A DNA stretch of 36,050 bases from an uncultured Bacilli bacterium (GCA_944371685.1 CALVXV010000002.1:1-36050); one strand, 5' to 3'. Shown: positions 8,514-19,886, counted from the first letter of the stretch. Notes: generated by a model not told the origin, from the sequence alone. A program made the numbers and translations.

Positions 8514-8543
8514 AAGTACTATCAGCCAAATAGTACTTTTTCT
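8512..8543 (+). terminator. Rho-independent terminator
   Basis: 11-bp stem aaaagtactat (8512-8522) / atagtactttt (8530-8540), 7-nt loop, T-rich tail. Confidence 0.7.
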
Positions 8544-8672
8544 ATAATAAAATATGCTTCAATACTCACTTAATAAATAAGTAAAAATATATTGACATTA
8601 AACACTTAATGTGTTAATTTATTAGTAGACACACAAAAGTGTTTTTTATTTGAAAAAAAGTAGGTGAGGTAT

Positions 8673-8879
8673 ATGGCTAAAAAAGAAAAAAAATCAAATA
8701 AAGAAAAAAAGAAATTTTTAAGTGGCCTTCGCAGTGAATTTAAACAAATTAGATGGCCTAAGAAAAAAGAAATGTTCAAATATTCACTAGCAGTTTTAGT
8801 ATGTATCGTTGTATTCGCACTATTCTTTATATTGTCAGATTTAATTATTGCTGCTATAAGAACATTATTGGAGGGGTAA
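8673..8879 (+). CDS. secE: Preprotein translocase subunit SecE
   Basis: Small Lys-rich N-terminus, FLSGLRSEFKQIRWPKKKE motif, single C-terminal TM, located immediately upstream of nusG. RBS aggtgagg; ATG at 8673. Confidence 0.9.
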   Translation: MAKKEKKSNKEKKKFLSGLRSEFKQIRWPKKKEMFKYSLAVLVCIVVFALFFILSDLIIAAIRTLLEG

Positions 8880-8882
8880 ACA

Positions 8883-9407
8883 ATGAAAAAAGAATGGTAT
8901 GTCGTTAATACTTATTCAGGACATGAAAATAAAGTAAAAGAAAAATTAGAAATGCGTGCCAGTTCAATGGGCATGGAAGATTATATCTTAAGAGTAGTTG
9001 TTCCAGAAGAAAACGTTATCGACGCAAATGGCAAAGAAAAGAAAGTTAAACTTTTCCCAGGCTATATTTTAGTAGAAATGGTTATGACAGATGAAGCTTG
9101 GTTCATTGTCAGAAATACCCCTGGTGTTACGGGCTTCATTGGTTCATCTGGTAAAGGTGCTAAACCATTCCCATTAACCCCAGCTGAAGTTGATAGAATT
9201 TTAGGTTCAATGGGTATGAGTCGATTAGATGCCGAAAACGATTTAAAAGAAGGCGAAAAAGTCAAAGTTGTCTCTGGACCATTTGAAGGCATGTATGGTG
9301 TTATTAAATCAGTAAATCTAAAAGAAGCTAAATTGGAAGTTGCTATTGACTTGTTTGGACAAGAAACAATTGTCGAACTTGAATTATCACAAATCACCAA
9401 AGCTTAA
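8883..9407 (+). CDS. nusG: Transcription termination/antitermination factor NusG
   Basis: KKEWYVVNTYSGHENKV NGN domain, a C-terminal KOW (GEKVKVVSGPFEGMYGVI), and synteny. Confidence 0.97.
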   Translation: MKKEWYVVNTYSGHENKVKEKLEMRASSMGMEDYILRVVVPEENVIDANGKEKKVKLFPGYILVEMVMTDEAWFIVRNTPGVTGFIGSSGKGAKPFPLTPAEVDRILGSMGMSRLDAENDLKEGEKVKVVSGPFEGMYGVIKSVNLKEAKLEVAIDLFGQETIVELELSQITKA

Positions 9408-9435
9408 AGTAACACTTTGCCATGTTACTTTTTTC
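9406..9435 (+). terminator. Rho-independent terminator after nusG
   Basis: Stem aaagtaaca (9406-9414) / tgttacttt (9423-9431), followed by a T run to 9434. Confidence 0.7.
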
Positions 9436-9500
9436 TTATAAGTTAGTTAAAAAAGTAATATTAAAAAAATAAAAAAATACTATATAAATATCAAAAAAAG

Positions 9501-9529
9501 TTTACAATCATTTTAAAATGTGCTATTAT
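9501..9529 (+). promoter_or_regulatory. Promoter of the rplK-rplA operon
   Basis: TTTACA (9501-9506), 17 nt, TATTAT (9524-9529), with an extended -10 TGCTATTAT. Confidence 0.65.
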
Positions 9530-9534
9530 TAATA

Positions 9535-9648
9535 CGCTATATTATTTTGATATAGAGAAGTGGGAGATTACCAAATGAGAAAAATGAAAAATGGAAAGCG
9601 GATAATCATTGGAACCACCCACGAAAAAAATTATAGGAGGTGTTTTTC
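9535..9648 (+). promoter_or_regulatory. Structured 5' leader of rplK-rplA (candidate L1 autoregulatory leader)
   Basis: A ~110-nt untranslated leader. GTGGG (9560-9564) can pair with CCCAC (9618-9622) just before the RBS. It shares a GTGGGAG...AACCAC motif with the rplK-rplA intergenic region. Confidence 0.35.
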
Positions 9649-10083
9649 GTGGCAAAAGATGCAACTAATAAAATTAAGAAAATTAAAATTCAAATCCCTG
9701 CTGGAAAAGCAACACCAGCTCCACCAGTTGGTACAGCACTAGGACCTGCAGGAATCAATTTAGGAGAATTTTGTACAAAATTTAATGATGCAACAAAAGA
9801 TAAGATGGGTGATATATTACCAGTTGAAATTACCGTCAATGAAGATAGAAGTTTCAGCTTTGTAGTTAAAACCCCACCAGCAGCATTCTTAATTAAAAAA
9901 GCTTGTGGCATCAAGAAAGGTTCAGTTAATGGTAAAAAAGATACTGTTGCAACCTTATCTAAAGACAAGCTAAGAGAAATTGCTGAGACAAAATTACCAG
10001 ATTTAAACTGCTATACTGTCGAAGATGCAATGAAGATCATCGAAGGTACTGCATTAAATATGGGCGTTAAAATTGAAGACTAA
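9649..10083 (+). CDS. rplK: 50S ribosomal protein L11
   Basis: [27 protein letters not shown]... GTG start at 9649, 8 nt after the RBS aggagg. Confidence 0.97.
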   Translation: MAKDATNKIKKIKIQIPAGKATPAPPVGTALGPAGINLGEFCTKFNDATKDKMGDILPVEITVNEDRSFSFVVKTPPAAFLIKKACGIKKGSVNGKKDTVATLSKDKLREIAETKLPDLNCYTVEDAMKIIEGTALNMGVKIED

Positions 10084-10137
10084 AACCCATGCTATGTGGG
10101 AGGAACAATCCGCAAAAACCACAAGGAGGTAAAAAAA

Positions 10138-10833
10138 ATGAAAAAAGGTAAAAAATATTTAGCAGAGGCCAAAAAGCTTGACAAAAATAAACTTTACACT
10201 AAAGAAGAAGCTATAAAATTAGTAAAAGAAACTTCTTATGCTGGCTTTGATGCCTCAGTAGAAGTAGCTATGCACTTAAATCTTGATACTAAAAAAGCTG
10301 ACCAACAATTAAGAGGCGCTGTTGTCTTACCAAAAGGAACCGGCAAAACCAAAAAAGTATTAGTTATTGCTAAAGGTGAAGCTGCTAAAGCTGCCAAAGA
10401 AGCTGGTGCTGATTATGTTGGCGACACTGACATGATTGAAAAAATCAGTAAAGAAAATTGGTTTGACTTTGATAGCTTAATTGCTACTCCAGATATGATG
10501 CCTGCTTTAGGTAAAATTGGTCGTATTTTAGGACCAAAAGGTTTAATGCCTAACCCTAAAACTGGTACTGTTACCATGGATACTAAAAAAGCTGTTGAAG
10601 AAGTTAAAAAAGGTAGAGTTGAATACCGTACAGATTCTTACGGAAATGTTCATGCCTTAATTGGTAAAGTTTCATTTAGTGATGAAGATTTATTAGAAAA
10701 CTTAAAAACCTTTGTTACTTTAATCATCAAATCAAAACCAAGTGTTGTTAAAGGAACTTATGTTAAAAATATTTCTTTATCATCAACTATGGGACCTGGT
10801 ATTAAAGTAGATGTAACTAGCTTTGACAAATAA
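10138..10833 (+). CDS. rplA: 50S ribosomal protein L1
   Basis: [15 protein letters not shown]..., [19 protein letters not shown] at 10138 after the RBS aaggagg. Confidence 0.97.
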   Translation: MKKGKKYLAEAKKLDKNKLYTKEEAIKLVKETSYAGFDASVEVAMHLNLDTKKADQQLRGAVVLPKGTGKTKKVLVIAKGEAAKAAKEAGADYVGDTDMIEKISKENWFDFDSLIATPDMMPALGKIGRILGPKGLMPNPKTGTVTMDTKKAVEEVKKGRVEYRTDSYGNVHALIGKVSFSDEDLLENLKTFVTLIIKSKPSVVKGTYVKNISLSSTMGPGIKVDVTSFDK

Positions 10834-10851
10834 AGTTAGCTATGTTATAAT
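10823..10851 (+). promoter_or_regulatory. Consensus promoter of the rplJ-rplL operon (inside the 3' end of rplA)
   Basis: TTGACA (10823-10828), 17 nt, TATAAT (10846-10851), with an extended -10 TGTTATAAT. Confidence 0.7.
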
Positions 10852-10854
10852 GAA

Positions 10855-10993
10855 TTCGTAATTTAATTATGCCGTAGACAGTAGGTGCCCTAAAGCTTAA
10901 TTTCCTACCGAGACATTGAATAAAGTCTTTTAGCTCTGGCATAATACCCAGAGCTTTTTTTAAACGGCAAACGGAAAGAGAGGTGCAAAGGAC
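10855..10993 (+). promoter_or_regulatory. Ribosomal protein L10 leader with intrinsic attenuator
   Basis: A ~140-nt leader upstream of rplJ containing GCCGTAGACAGTAGGTGCC...CCTACCGAGAC pairing and an attenuator hairpin agctctgg (10932-10939) / ccagagct (10948-10955) followed by a T6-7 run. Confidence 0.7.
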
Positions 10994-11494
10994 TTGGCTA
11001 ATCAAAAAATCTTAGCTAAAAAACAAGAAATCATCGACGAAATAGCTGAAAAAACTAAAAATGCTTCTGCAATGGTTTTATTCGAATATCAAGGATTAAC
11101 CGTTGAAGAAACTAATGAATTGAGAAGGGCTTTAAAAGAATCAGATTCAGAGTTCAAAATATATAAAAATACTTTGGTTAAAAGAGCATTTGATTCATTA
11201 AAAATCGACTTAGATGAAGATTTAAAAGGTCCAAAAGCAATGGCTTTCGGTACAGATGCTGTTGCTCCAGTTAAAGTTTTATATGACTTTGCTAAGAAGC
11301 ATCCAGCTTTAGTTGTAAAAGTAGGTTTAATTGATGGCGAAAAAACTGATGAAGCAAAACTTTCAGAACTATCAAAATTACCATCAAGAGATGGATTGCT
11401 TACTATGCTTGCAAGTGGACTTATCTACCCACTTAAGAGCTTATCTATATGCTTAGACTTATATAGACAAAATTTAGAAAAAGAAGAAAATTAG
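10994..11494 (+). CDS. rplJ: 50S ribosomal protein L10
   Basis: TTG start. ILAKKQEIIDEIAEK...FEYQGLTVEE..LR, and synteny. Confidence 0.96.
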   Translation: MANQKILAKKQEIIDEIAEKTKNASAMVLFEYQGLTVEETNELRRALKESDSEFKIYKNTLVKRAFDSLKIDLDEDLKGPKAMAFGTDAVAPVKVLYDFAKKHPALVVKVGLIDGEKTDEAKLSELSKLPSRDGLLTMLASGLIYPLKSLSICLDLYRQNLEKEEN

Positions 11495-11509
11495 AAAGGA
11501 ATGATATAA

Positions 11510-11878
11510 ATGGCAAAAATTAATAAAGATGAATTTATCGCTGGTCTAAAAGAAATGACTATGCTTGAAGTTATGGAATTAGTAGACGCTATGAAGGAGG
11601 AATTTGGTGTTGATCCAAGTGCTGTAGCCGTAGCTGCTGCACCTGCTGCCGCTGAAGAAGCTGCTGGACCATCTACAGTTACAGTAACCTTAACAGCTGC
11701 TGGACCTAACAAATTACCAGTTATTAAATTAATCAAAGAAGTTACTGGTTTAGGTTTAAAAGAAGCTAAAGACATTGCTGATAACGGTGGAGCTATTAAA
11801 GAAAATATTCCAACTTCAGAAGCTGATGAATTAAAAGCTAAGTTTGAAGAAGCTGGCGCAACTGTTGAAGTTAAATAA
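11510..11878 (+). CDS. rplL: 50S ribosomal protein L7/L12
   Basis: Ala-rich hinge followed by KLPVIKLIKEVTGLGLKEAKD...EAGATVEVK. Confidence 0.98.
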   Translation: MAKINKDEFIAGLKEMTMLEVMELVDAMKEEFGVDPSAVAVAAAPAAAEEAAGPSTVTVTLTAAGPNKLPVIKLIKEVTGLGLKEAKDIADNGGAIKENIPTSEADELKAKFEEAGATVEVK

Positions 11879-11892
11879 TTACGAATATTAAG

Positions 11893-11925
11893 AGCCTGCA
11901 CTATAAAAATATAGTGCGGGCTTTA
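11893..11925 (+). terminator. Terminator after rplL (probably partial)
   Basis: 13-bp stem agcctgcactata / tatagtgcgggct (one G:U pair), AAAA loop, short interrupted T tail. Confidence 0.6.
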
Positions 11926-11949
11926 CCCATTTATTAAAAGGAGCGCAAA

Positions 11950-12534
11950 ATGCCACATTATTTTACAAATGATTATGTAAAAAGCAATCAAAAAACAGTA
12001 AAAGTTATAATCAAAGATATTAACTTATCATTCGTTGTTGATAATGGGGTATTTTCCAAAAAAGGCTTAGACTTTGGTACTAGGACTCTTTTGGAAAATA
12101 TCGTTTTAAGCAAAATGAAAGGGCATATCTTAGACTTTGGCACGGGTTATGGACCAATTGGTATTTATTTAAAAAAAGTCACAAATGCTAATATCGACAT
12201 GATAGACATTAATGAAAGAGCCCTTGATTTAGCTAAAAAAAATGCTAAATTAAATAAAGTAAATGTTAATATCTTTAAAAGCGATATCTATGAAAATATC
12301 ACCGAAAAATATGATGCAATTGTAACTAATCCGCCTATCAGAGTCGGTAAAAAAATACTTTATGATATTTTATTCGGTGCTAAAGATCATTTAAAAGAAA
12401 AAGGGGAACTATGGTTTGTAATAAATAAAAATCAAGGAGCTAAAACTGTAGTTAGAGATTTACAAAAAGACTACGATGTAACCATAGTTACAAAAAATAA
12501 GGGTTTTTATATAATATGCGCCAAAAACCGTTGA
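11950..12534 (+). CDS. ybxB: Class I SAM-dependent methyltransferase (RsmC small-domain / YbxB-like)
   Basis: DFGTGYGPIG SAM motif, VTNPPIRVGKK catalytic motif, and the same rplL-X-rpoB position as B. subtilis ybxB. Confidence 0.8.
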   Translation: MPHYFTNDYVKSNQKTVKVIIKDINLSFVVDNGVFSKKGLDFGTRTLLENIVLSKMKGHILDFGTGYGPIGIYLKKVTNANIDMIDINERALDLAKKNAKLNKVNVNIFKSDIYENITEKYDAIVTNPPIRVGKKILYDILFGAKDHLKEKGELWFVINKNQGAKTVVRDLQKDYDVTIVTKNKGFYIICAKNR

Positions 12535-12559
12535 CTTTTGGAGGTAAAACCTTTATAAT
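12531..12559 (+). promoter_or_regulatory. rpoBC promoter
   Basis: TTGACT (12531-12536, overlapping the ybxB stop), 17 nt, TATAAT (12554-12559). Confidence 0.65.
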
Positions 12560-12630
12560 TATAAATTGGCGACATGTACTTTGATAGGTGCATGAAAAAT
12601 CTAAAAAACTAGTTTATAGGGGTGAAATAC

Positions 12631-15600
12631 TTGGCATACAAAATACAAAAAATCAATAAAAAAAGAGAGAGAAGAAATTACGGCAAAACAAAAAATGCAA
12701 TTGAATTATCTAACTTACTAGAAATTCAAAAAAAATCATACGAGTGGTTCATAACCGAAGGTATCAAAGAAGTTTTTGATGACATTTTTCCAGTGGAAAG
12801 TTTCACTGGTAATTTGTCATTAGAATTTGGGAATTATAGCTTTGATGAACCAAGACACACCATTAAACAATGTAAAGAACGCTATACTACTTATGCAGCG
12901 CCACTAAAAGTAGAAGCTAGACTTTTCAATGTTGAAACAGGTGAAGTAAAAGAACAAGAAATTTACTTAGGTGACATGCCAGTTATGACTGACAGTGGAG
13001 CTTTCATTGTCAATGGAGCTGAACGTGTTATCGTTTCCCAATTAGTTCGTTCACCATCAGTTTATTTCGGTAAAGAAGTAGACAAGAAAAACGGTAAAGT
13101 GACAGTTGGAACTCAAATTATCCCAACTAGGGGAACTTGGCTTGAATTTGAAACTGATGCCAGAGATATAATTTATGTTCGTATTGATAGAACTAGAAAA
13201 GTACCAGTAACCACTTTACTAAGAGCTATCGGCTTATCAAGTGACAGTGACATCCTAGATTTATTTGGTGAAAATGACTATCTTATTAAAACCATTGAAA
13301 AAGATACCAATAAAAATACCGATGAAGCTTTAATTGATATTCACTCTAAATTAAGACCTGGTGAGCCTAGTACTTTAGAAAGTGCAAAGAACCAATTAAT
13401 CACTAGATTCTTTGATGCTTTCAGGTATGACTTAGCTAAAGTTGGACGTTATAAATTTAACAAAAAATTAAACGTAATTGATAGACTTTTAGGCTGCCGT
13501 TTAGCTGAAGATATTAAAGTAAATGGTGAAGTAATTGCCCAAAATGGTGATATCGTTACTAAAGAGTTACTAGAAAAATTAAAACCAATTTTCAAAGATG
13601 GTTATGGTAAAAAAGAAGCCTTAATTAATCAAGAATTAGATACTTATGGCGACGTTCAAATCGTAAAAGTATATTCAAAGACAAACCCAGAAAAAGTTGT
13701 TAAAATAATTGGTAATGACCAAGATATTGACATCAAACGTTTAACTGTATCTGATATTTATGCCTCATTATCATATTATTTAAACTTATTAGATGGCATT
13801 GGTTCATTCGATGAAATAGATCATCTATCTAATAGACGTGTTAGACAAGTAGGAGAACTACTTCAAAATCAATTTAGAATTGGTGTAAGTCGTATTGAAA
13901 GAATGATTAGAGATAGAATGAGTACTCAAGATATAGCAGAAGTAACACCAAAAAGTTTAATTAACATTAGACCACTTACAGCTGCAATCAAAGAATTTTT
14001 CGGTTCATCTCAATTATCACAATTCATGGATCAAATTAACCCAATCGCCGAATTAACCCATAAAAGAAGATTATCTTCATTAGGACCAGGCGGATTATCA
14101 AAAGATAGAGCTGGTATGGAAGTTCGTGACGTTAATCCATCACACTACGGAAGACTATGTCCAGTTGAATCTCCAGAAGGACCTAATATCGGATTAATTA
14201 CCTCTTTAGCAAGCTACGCTAAAGTAAATGAATATGGTTTTATCATGACACCATATAGAAAAATAGAAAACAATAAATTAACTGATGAAATCAAATATAT
14301 GACAGCTGATGAAGAATTAGAATACTATATCGCACCAGCTACTGTCAAAACAAACGATAAAGGTGAAATAATCGAAGATAAAGTACCTGTAAGATACCAA
14401 AATGATAACTTAATTATCGAAAAAGAAAAAATTGATTATATGGATGTTTCACCACAACAAATTATTTCAATTACAACTAGTGGAATTCCATTCCTTGAAC
14501 ACGACGATGGAAAAAGAGCTTTAATGGGTGCAAACATGCAACGTCAAGCCATCCCTCTATTAGAAGCTGAGGCTCCATATGTTGGAACTGGTATTGAAGC
14601 TATCGCAGCTAGAGACTCAGGCGTTGTTATATGCGCTAAAGCCGATGGTATTGTTGACTATGTTGATGCTCGTAAAATCATCATTAAAAACGCTAAAGGT
14701 ACAGATACTTATTACCTAGAAGGATTTGAAAGAAGTAACATGGGTACATGTTATCATCAAAAACCAATTGTTAGAAAAGGTGATAAAGTTGAAACTGGTG
14801 AAGTTATAGCTGACGGACCATCAACCGATCAAGGTGAAATGGCCTTAGGTAAAAACTTAACTATTGCCTTTGTCAACTATGATGGATATAACTATGAAGA
14901 TGCTGTAATCTTAAATGAAAGATTAGTTAATGACGATGTATTCACATCTATTCATATCAAAGACTACGAAATTGAGTGCCGTGACACTAAATTAGGTGCC
15001 GAAGAATTTACAAGAGACATTCCAAATGTTTCAGAAGAAGCACGTAAAAACCTAGATGAAAATGGTATTATTAGAATTGGAACAGAAGTTAAAGATGATG
15101 ATATCTTAGTTGGTAAAGTAACTCCAAAGGGTATGGCTGAACTAACCTCAGAAGAAAAGTTATTACATGCCATCTTTGGTGAAAAGACAAGAGAAGTAAG
15201 AGATACATCTCTAAGAGTTCAACACGGCGGTGGCGGTATTGTTCACGATGTCCAAATTTTAACTAAAGAAGATAGTGATGAACTACCAGCCGGTGTCAGT
15301 AAAAAAGTTAGAGTATACATTGCTCAAAAACGTAAAATTGGTGTTGGTGACAAAATCTCAGGTCGTCACGGAAACAAAGGTGTTGTCTCTTTAGTCCTTC
15401 CAGAAGAAGATATGCCTTATGATAAAAACGGAAGAACTGTTGACATCTTACTTAACCCACTAGGTGTTCCATCTCGTATGAACTTAGGACAAATCTTAGA
15501 ATTACACTTAGGAATGGCCGCTAAAACATTAGGTATCCATGTTGCAACCCCAGTCTTTGACGGTGCTACTAGAGATGAAATCATTGGCGCCTTAGAAGAA

Positions 15601-16251
15601 GCTGGATTAGACAAAGATGGAAAAATGTGGTTATACGATGGTAGAACAGGTGAGAGATTCGATAATAGAATCAGTGTCGGCGTTATGTATATGATTAAAC
15701 TTGACCACATGGTTGACGATAAATTACATGCTAGATCAACCGGACCTTACTCACTAGTTACTCAGCAACCATTAGGTGGTAAAGCTCAATTTGGTGGTCA
15801 ACGTTTCGGAGAAATGGAAGTTTGGGCATTGTATGCATATGGTGCTGCCCACATCTTACAAGAAATGATGACCGTTAAATCAGATGATGTAACCGGTCGT
15901 GTTAAAGTTTATGAAGCACTAGTTAAAGGTGAAGATTTACCAAAACCAAGTGTTCCAGAAAGCTTTAGAGTAGTCATTAAAGAATTCCAAGCTTTAGGAC
16001 TAGATATAACCGTTTTAAATAAAGATGGTAAATTTGTCGAATTAAAAGAGTTAGAAGAAGCTGAAAAAGATTCATACGTACCAGACAGCGACTTAGAAAG
16101 TGAAATTTTAAAAGACAAAGCTCAAAATGACCAAAAAGAGCCAGAAGTTCCTAGTGAACTCGAAGAAGAATTAAATGACTTTGATGAAAATGAAGAAGAA
16201 CAAGAACCAACAGATGAAGAATTAAAAAATTTGGAAGGGGAGGATAAATAA
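12631..16251 (+). CDS. rpoB: DNA-directed RNA polymerase subunit beta
   Basis: Full-length RpoB motifs ([35 protein letters not shown]). TTG at 12631 has the better RBS spacing (aggggtga); GTG at 12622 is the alternative. The last ~70 aa form an acidic tail. Confidence 0.98.
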   Translation: MAYKIQKINKKRERRNYGKTKNAIELSNLLEIQKKSYEWFITEGIKEVFDDIFPVESFTGNLSLEFGNYSFDEPRHTIKQCKERYTTYAAPLKVEARLFNVETGEVKEQEIYLGDMPVMTDSGAFIVNGAERVIVSQLVRSPSVYFGKEVDKKNGKVTVGTQIIPTRGTWLEFETDARDIIYVRIDRTRKVPVTTLLRAIGLSSDSDILDLFGENDYLIKTIEKDTNKNTDEALIDIHSKLRPGEPSTLESAKNQLITRFFDAFRYDLAKVGRYKFNKKLNVIDRLLGCRLAEDIKVNGEVIAQNGDIVTKELLEKLKPIFKDGYGKKEALINQELDTYGDVQIVKVYSKTNPEKVVKIIGNDQDIDIKRLTVSDIYASLSYYLNLLDGIGSFDEIDHLSNRRVRQVGELLQNQFRIGVSRIERMIRDRMSTQDIAEVTPKSLINIRPLTAAIKEFFGSSQLSQFMDQINPIAELTHKRRLSSLGPGGLSKDRAGMEVRDVNPSHYGRLCPVESPEGPNIGLITSLASYAKVNEYGFIMTPYRKIENNKLTDEIKYMTADEELEYYIAPATVKTNDKGEIIEDKVPVRYQNDNLIIEKEKIDYMDVSPQQIISITTSGIPFLEHDDGKRALMGANMQRQAIPLLEAEAPYVGTGIEAIAARDSGVVICAKADGIVDYVDARKIIIKNAKGTDTYYLEGFERSNMGTCYHQKPIVRKGDKVETGEVIADGPSTDQGEMALGKNLTIAFVNYDGYNYEDAVILNERLVNDDVFTSIHIKDYEIECRDTKLGAEEFTRDIPNVSEEARKNLDENGIIRIGTEVKDDDILVGKVTPKGMAELTSEEKLLHAIFGEKTREVRDTSLRVQHGGGGIVHDVQILTKEDSDELPAGVSKKVRVYIAQKRKIGVGDKISGRHGNKGVVSLVLPEEDMPYDKNGRTVDILLNPLGVPSRMNLGQILELHLGMAAKTLGIHVATPVFDGATRDEIIGALEEAGLDKDGKMWLYDGRTGERFDNRISVGVMYMIKLDHMVDDKLHARSTGPYSLVTQQPLGGKAQFGGQRFGEMEVWALYAYGAAHILQEMMTVKSDDVTGRVKVYEALVKGEDLPKPSVPESFRVVIKEFQALGLDITVLNKDGKFVELKELEEAEKDSYVPDSDLESEILKDKAQNDQKEPEVPSELEEELNDFDENEEEQEPTDEELKNLEGEDK

Positions 16252-19200
16252 TGGATGCAAATAGTTTTGAAGGAATAAGAATTGCCATTGCCTCACCAGA
16301 AAAAATTCGTTCATGGTCTTATGGTGAAGTAAAAAAAGCTGAAACCATGAACTATAGAACCTTAAAGCCTGAACGTGACGGACTATTTTGTGAAAAAATA
16401 TTCGGACCAACTAAGGATTTTGAATGTGCCTGCGGTAAATACAAAAGATTAAGATATAAAAATATCATCTGTGACCGTTGTGGCGTTGAAGTTACAAAAT
16501 CTAAAGTCCGTCGTGAACGTATGGGACATATTGAACTAGCTACACCAGTATCTCACATCTGGTTCTTCAAAGGTGTACCATCAAGAATGGGGCTAGTTCT
16601 TGATATGTCACCTAGAGATTTGGAAGAAGTATTATATTTCGTATCATATGTCGTTTTGGATCCAGGTGACACAACCCTTGAAAAAAAGCAAACTATCAGC
16701 GATAAAGAATATCGTAATTATTATGAAAAATATGGTAATACCTTTAGAGTTGGTATGGGTGCTGAAGCTATTAGAGAATTATTACAAGAAGTCGACTTAC
16801 AAAAAGAAGTTGACGAAATTAAAAAAGAAATTGCGGAAATTAAAGATACATCTAGTCAAAAACGCATTCGTTTAATCAAAAGATTAGATGTCTTAGATGC
16901 TTTCCTAGAATCAGGTAATCGCCCTGAGTGGATGATTTTAACTGCCCTTCCAGTTATTCCACCAGAGCTTAGACCAATGATTCAACTAGATGGTGGTAGA
17001 TTTGCTACCTCAGATTTAAACGATTTATATAGACGTGTTATTAATCGTAATAACAGACTAAAAAAACTAATTGATTTAAGCGCCCCTTCTATCATCATTC
17101 AAAATGAAAAAAGAATGTTACAAGAAGCTGTTGATGCCTTATTTGATAATGGTCGTCGTGGTAAAAATATCACTGGACCTGGTAATAGACCTTTAAAATC
17201 ATTATCAAGCATGTTAAAAGGTAAACAAGGACGTTTCCGTCAAAACCTACTTGGTAAACGTGTTGACTATTCAGGTCGTTCTGTTATCGTTGTTGGACCA
17301 TCACTTAAAATGTATGAGTGTGGTATTCCAAAAGAAATGGCCTTAGAATTATTCAAGCCACATGTTATTCATGGTTTAGTTTCTAAAGAAATTGCCAGCA
17401 ACATCAAAGCTGCTAAAAGAATGATTGAAAATCAAGATGAACGTGTATGGGATATTGTTGAAGAAGTTATTAAAGAACACCCAGTATTACTTAACCGTGC
17501 GCCAACGTTACATAGACTTGGTATCCAAGCCTTTGAACCAAAATTAATCGAAGGAAAAGCAATTAGACTTCATCCACTTGTATGTCCAGCCTTTAATGCC
17601 GACTTCGATGGCGACCAAATGGCTGTCCACGTACCAATCAGTGAAGCTGCTCAAGCTGAAGCCAGACTTTTAATGTTAGGTGCTAATAACATTTTATCAC
17701 CTAAAGATGGTTCACCAATCGCCACTCCTGGACAAGACATGGTATTGGGTAACTATTATTTAACTATGGAAAAAGCTGGCTTGGAAGGTGAAGGTAGAGT
17801 CTTTAGAAATACTGATGATGCCATTATGGCATATGAAAGAAGAGAAATTACCTTACACACACGTATTGCTTTACCAGTCAAATCATTTAAACATAAAATC
17901 TTCCCAGATAAATACATGGACAAATATTTAGTAACAACCCCTGGTAAAATAATATTCAACGAAGTATTCCCAGATACCTTCCAATATATTAACGATAGTA
18001 GTGTTGATAATGCTATTAAATGCACCCCAGCTAAATACTTTATTGATAAAGGTAAAAACATTAAAGAAGAAATTGAAAAAATGCCTTTAGTTAAAGCTTT
18101 AAACAAAGGTGCGATTGTAAGACTAATTGCCCAAATCTATAAACGTTATCACACAACTGAAACATCAGTTATGCTTGATGCCATTAAAGATTTAGGTTTC
18201 AAATATTCTACTTTATCTGGAATCAGTATCTCAATCGACGATATCAAAGAAAGTCCAATTAAAAAGGATGTTATCGCTGATGCCAATAAAAAAATCGATA
18301 CAATCACTAAACAATTTAAACGTGGTTTAATCACTGATAAAGAAAGATATGACAATGTAATTCAAACTTGGTTTGATGCCAAAGCTAAAATCTATGATGA
18401 TTTAGATAAAAGATTAAAATCCAACCCTGAATCTTCTATTACTATGATGATTGATTCTAAAGCCCGTGGTTCTATCGACCAATACGGACAAATGGCTGGT
18501 ATGCGTGGTATCATGAGTAAACCAAATGGTGATTATGTTGAAATTCCAATTTTATCTTCATTATCAGAAGGTGTTACTGTATCAGAATTCTTTACATCTA
18601 CTCACGGAACCCGTAAAGGTGCCGTTGATACAGCCTTAAAAACTGCCGATGCTGGTTATTTAACAAGAAGGTTAGTAGATGTTGTACAAGATGTCATTGT
18701 TAAAGAAGATGACTGTGGTACCGACCAAGGTGTCGTAGTCGAAGCCTTCTATAACACCGATGGTACTCCAATTGAATCACTAGAAGATAGAATTATTGGT
18801 AGATATACTAATAAGAAAATCTTACACCCAGAAACTAAAGAAGTATTATTCGATAAAGATACATATATTACTGAACAAGTTGCCGAAAAGATTATTAAAG
18901 CTGGAGTTACTAAAGTTCCAATCAGAAGCGTTCTAACATGTAAAACTGATCACGGCGTTTGCCGTAAGTGTTATGGTCGTAACTTAGCTACCGGTTCTGA
19001 AGTTGAACTTGGCGAAGCAGTTGGTATTATGGCTGCCCAATCAATCGGTGAACCTGGCACCCAACTTACCATGAGAAACTTCAACACTGGAGGAGTTGCT
19101 GGTGGAGACGATATTACTCAAGGTCTACCACGTGTTACTGAAATCTTTGAAGCCCGTAACCCTAAAGGTAAAGCCACTATTTCTGAAATTAATGGTGTTG

Positions 19201-19886
19201 TATCTAAAATTGAAGAAGATAATGGAATTTATAAAATATATGTTAAAAACGATGTTGAAACTCGTGAGCACACTTCTAACTATGGTGCAAAACTTGCTGT
19301 TGAGCAAGGTGAAGAAGTTAAAGCCGGATGGCGACTTACTCACGGTGCAATTTCACCAAAAGAATTATTAGTTGTAACTGATCCAATTACAGTACAGCAA
19401 TATATTCTATTTGAAATTCAAAAAGTATATCGTTCACAAGGTGTTGATATTTCTGATAAACACGTTGAAATTATGGCTCGTAGGATGATCTCAAAGATTA
19501 GAATTATTGATTCAGGTGATTCATTATTCTTACCAGGTACAATGGTAAATATTAATAAATTCACAGAAGAAAATAAAAAACTAATCCTAGAAGGTAAACG
19601 ACCATCAACCGGTAAACCAGTATTACTTGGTATTACTAAAGCCTCACTTGAGACTGAAAGTTTCTTATCAGCTGCCTCATTCCAAGAAACAACTAGAATC
19701 TTAACCGATGCTGCGGTTCATGGAAAAGTAGACCACTTAACCGGATTAAAAGAAAATGTTATTATTGGTAAATTAATACCAGCTGGTACAGGAGCTAAAA
19801 AATATCGTGATGTTGAATACACTTTGGAAAACGAAATGTTTAATGAGGAGCCACTAGAGGCCCTAGAACAAGAACTAATGGATTAA
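16251..19886 (+). CDS. rpoC: DNA-directed RNA polymerase subunit beta'
   Basis: Zn-finger [23 protein letters not shown] and catalytic [12 protein letters not shown]. The start overlaps the rpoB stop (TAATG). Confidence 0.98.
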   Translation: MDANSFEGIRIAIASPEKIRSWSYGEVKKAETMNYRTLKPERDGLFCEKIFGPTKDFECACGKYKRLRYKNIICDRCGVEVTKSKVRRERMGHIELATPVSHIWFFKGVPSRMGLVLDMSPRDLEEVLYFVSYVVLDPGDTTLEKKQTISDKEYRNYYEKYGNTFRVGMGAEAIRELLQEVDLQKEVDEIKKEIAEIKDTSSQKRIRLIKRLDVLDAFLESGNRPEWMILTALPVIPPELRPMIQLDGGRFATSDLNDLYRRVINRNNRLKKLIDLSAPSIIIQNEKRMLQEAVDALFDNGRRGKNITGPGNRPLKSLSSMLKGKQGRFRQNLLGKRVDYSGRSVIVVGPSLKMYECGIPKEMALELFKPHVIHGLVSKEIASNIKAAKRMIENQDERVWDIVEEVIKEHPVLLNRAPTLHRLGIQAFEPKLIEGKAIRLHPLVCPAFNADFDGDQMAVHVPISEAAQAEARLLMLGANNILSPKDGSPIATPGQDMVLGNYYLTMEKAGLEGEGRVFRNTDDAIMAYERREITLHTRIALPVKSFKHKIFPDKYMDKYLVTTPGKIIFNEVFPDTFQYINDSSVDNAIKCTPAKYFIDKGKNIKEEIEKMPLVKALNKGAIVRLIAQIYKRYHTTETSVMLDAIKDLGFKYSTLSGISISIDDIKESPIKKDVIADANKKIDTITKQFKRGLITDKERYDNVIQTWFDAKAKIYDDLDKRLKSNPESSITMMIDSKARGSIDQYGQMAGMRGIMSKPNGDYVEIPILSSLSEGVTVSEFFTSTHGTRKGAVDTALKTADAGYLTRRLVDVVQDVIVKEDDCGTDQGVVVEAFYNTDGTPIESLEDRIIGRYTNKKILHPETKEVLFDKDTYITEQVAEKIIKAGVTKVPIRSVLTCKTDHGVCRKCYGRNLATGSEVELGEAVGIMAAQSIGEPGTQLTMRNFNTGGVAGGDDITQGLPRVTEIFEARNPKGKATISEINGVVSKIEEDNGIYKIYVKNDVETREHTSNYGAKLAVEQGEEVKAGWRLTHGAISPKELLVVTDPITVQQYILFEIQKVYRSQGVDISDKHVEIMARRMISKIRIIDSGDSLFLPGTMVNINKFTEENKKLILEGKRPSTGKPVLLGITKASLETESFLSAASFQETTRILTDAAVHGKVDHLTGLKENVIIGKLIPAGTGAKKYRDVEYTLENEMFNEEPLEALEQELMD

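Noticed and set aside
8544-8663. Expected rpmG (L33) or tRNA genes upstream of secE
   Set aside because: The gap is only ~120 nt. It contains promoter-like elements (TTGACA at about 8594, with an inverted repeat AACAC-N5-GTGTT in the spacer) but no ORF of suitable length and no cloverleaf-like sequence.
9560-9742. 60-aa ORF spanning the rplK leader and the start of rplK
   Set aside because: It has a GTG start with no RBS and runs out of frame into the L11 coding sequence. The region is better explained as an untranslated structured leader.
11491-11901. 136-aa minus-strand ORF antisense to rplL
   Set aside because: It overlaps the unmistakable L7/L12 gene entirely. Its Ala/Ser-rich translation is the mirror of the Ala-rich hinge, so it is a shadow ORF. 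The other minus-strand ORFs inside rpoB, rpoC, smc, nusG, tcdA, gpmI and similar genes are rejected for the same reason.
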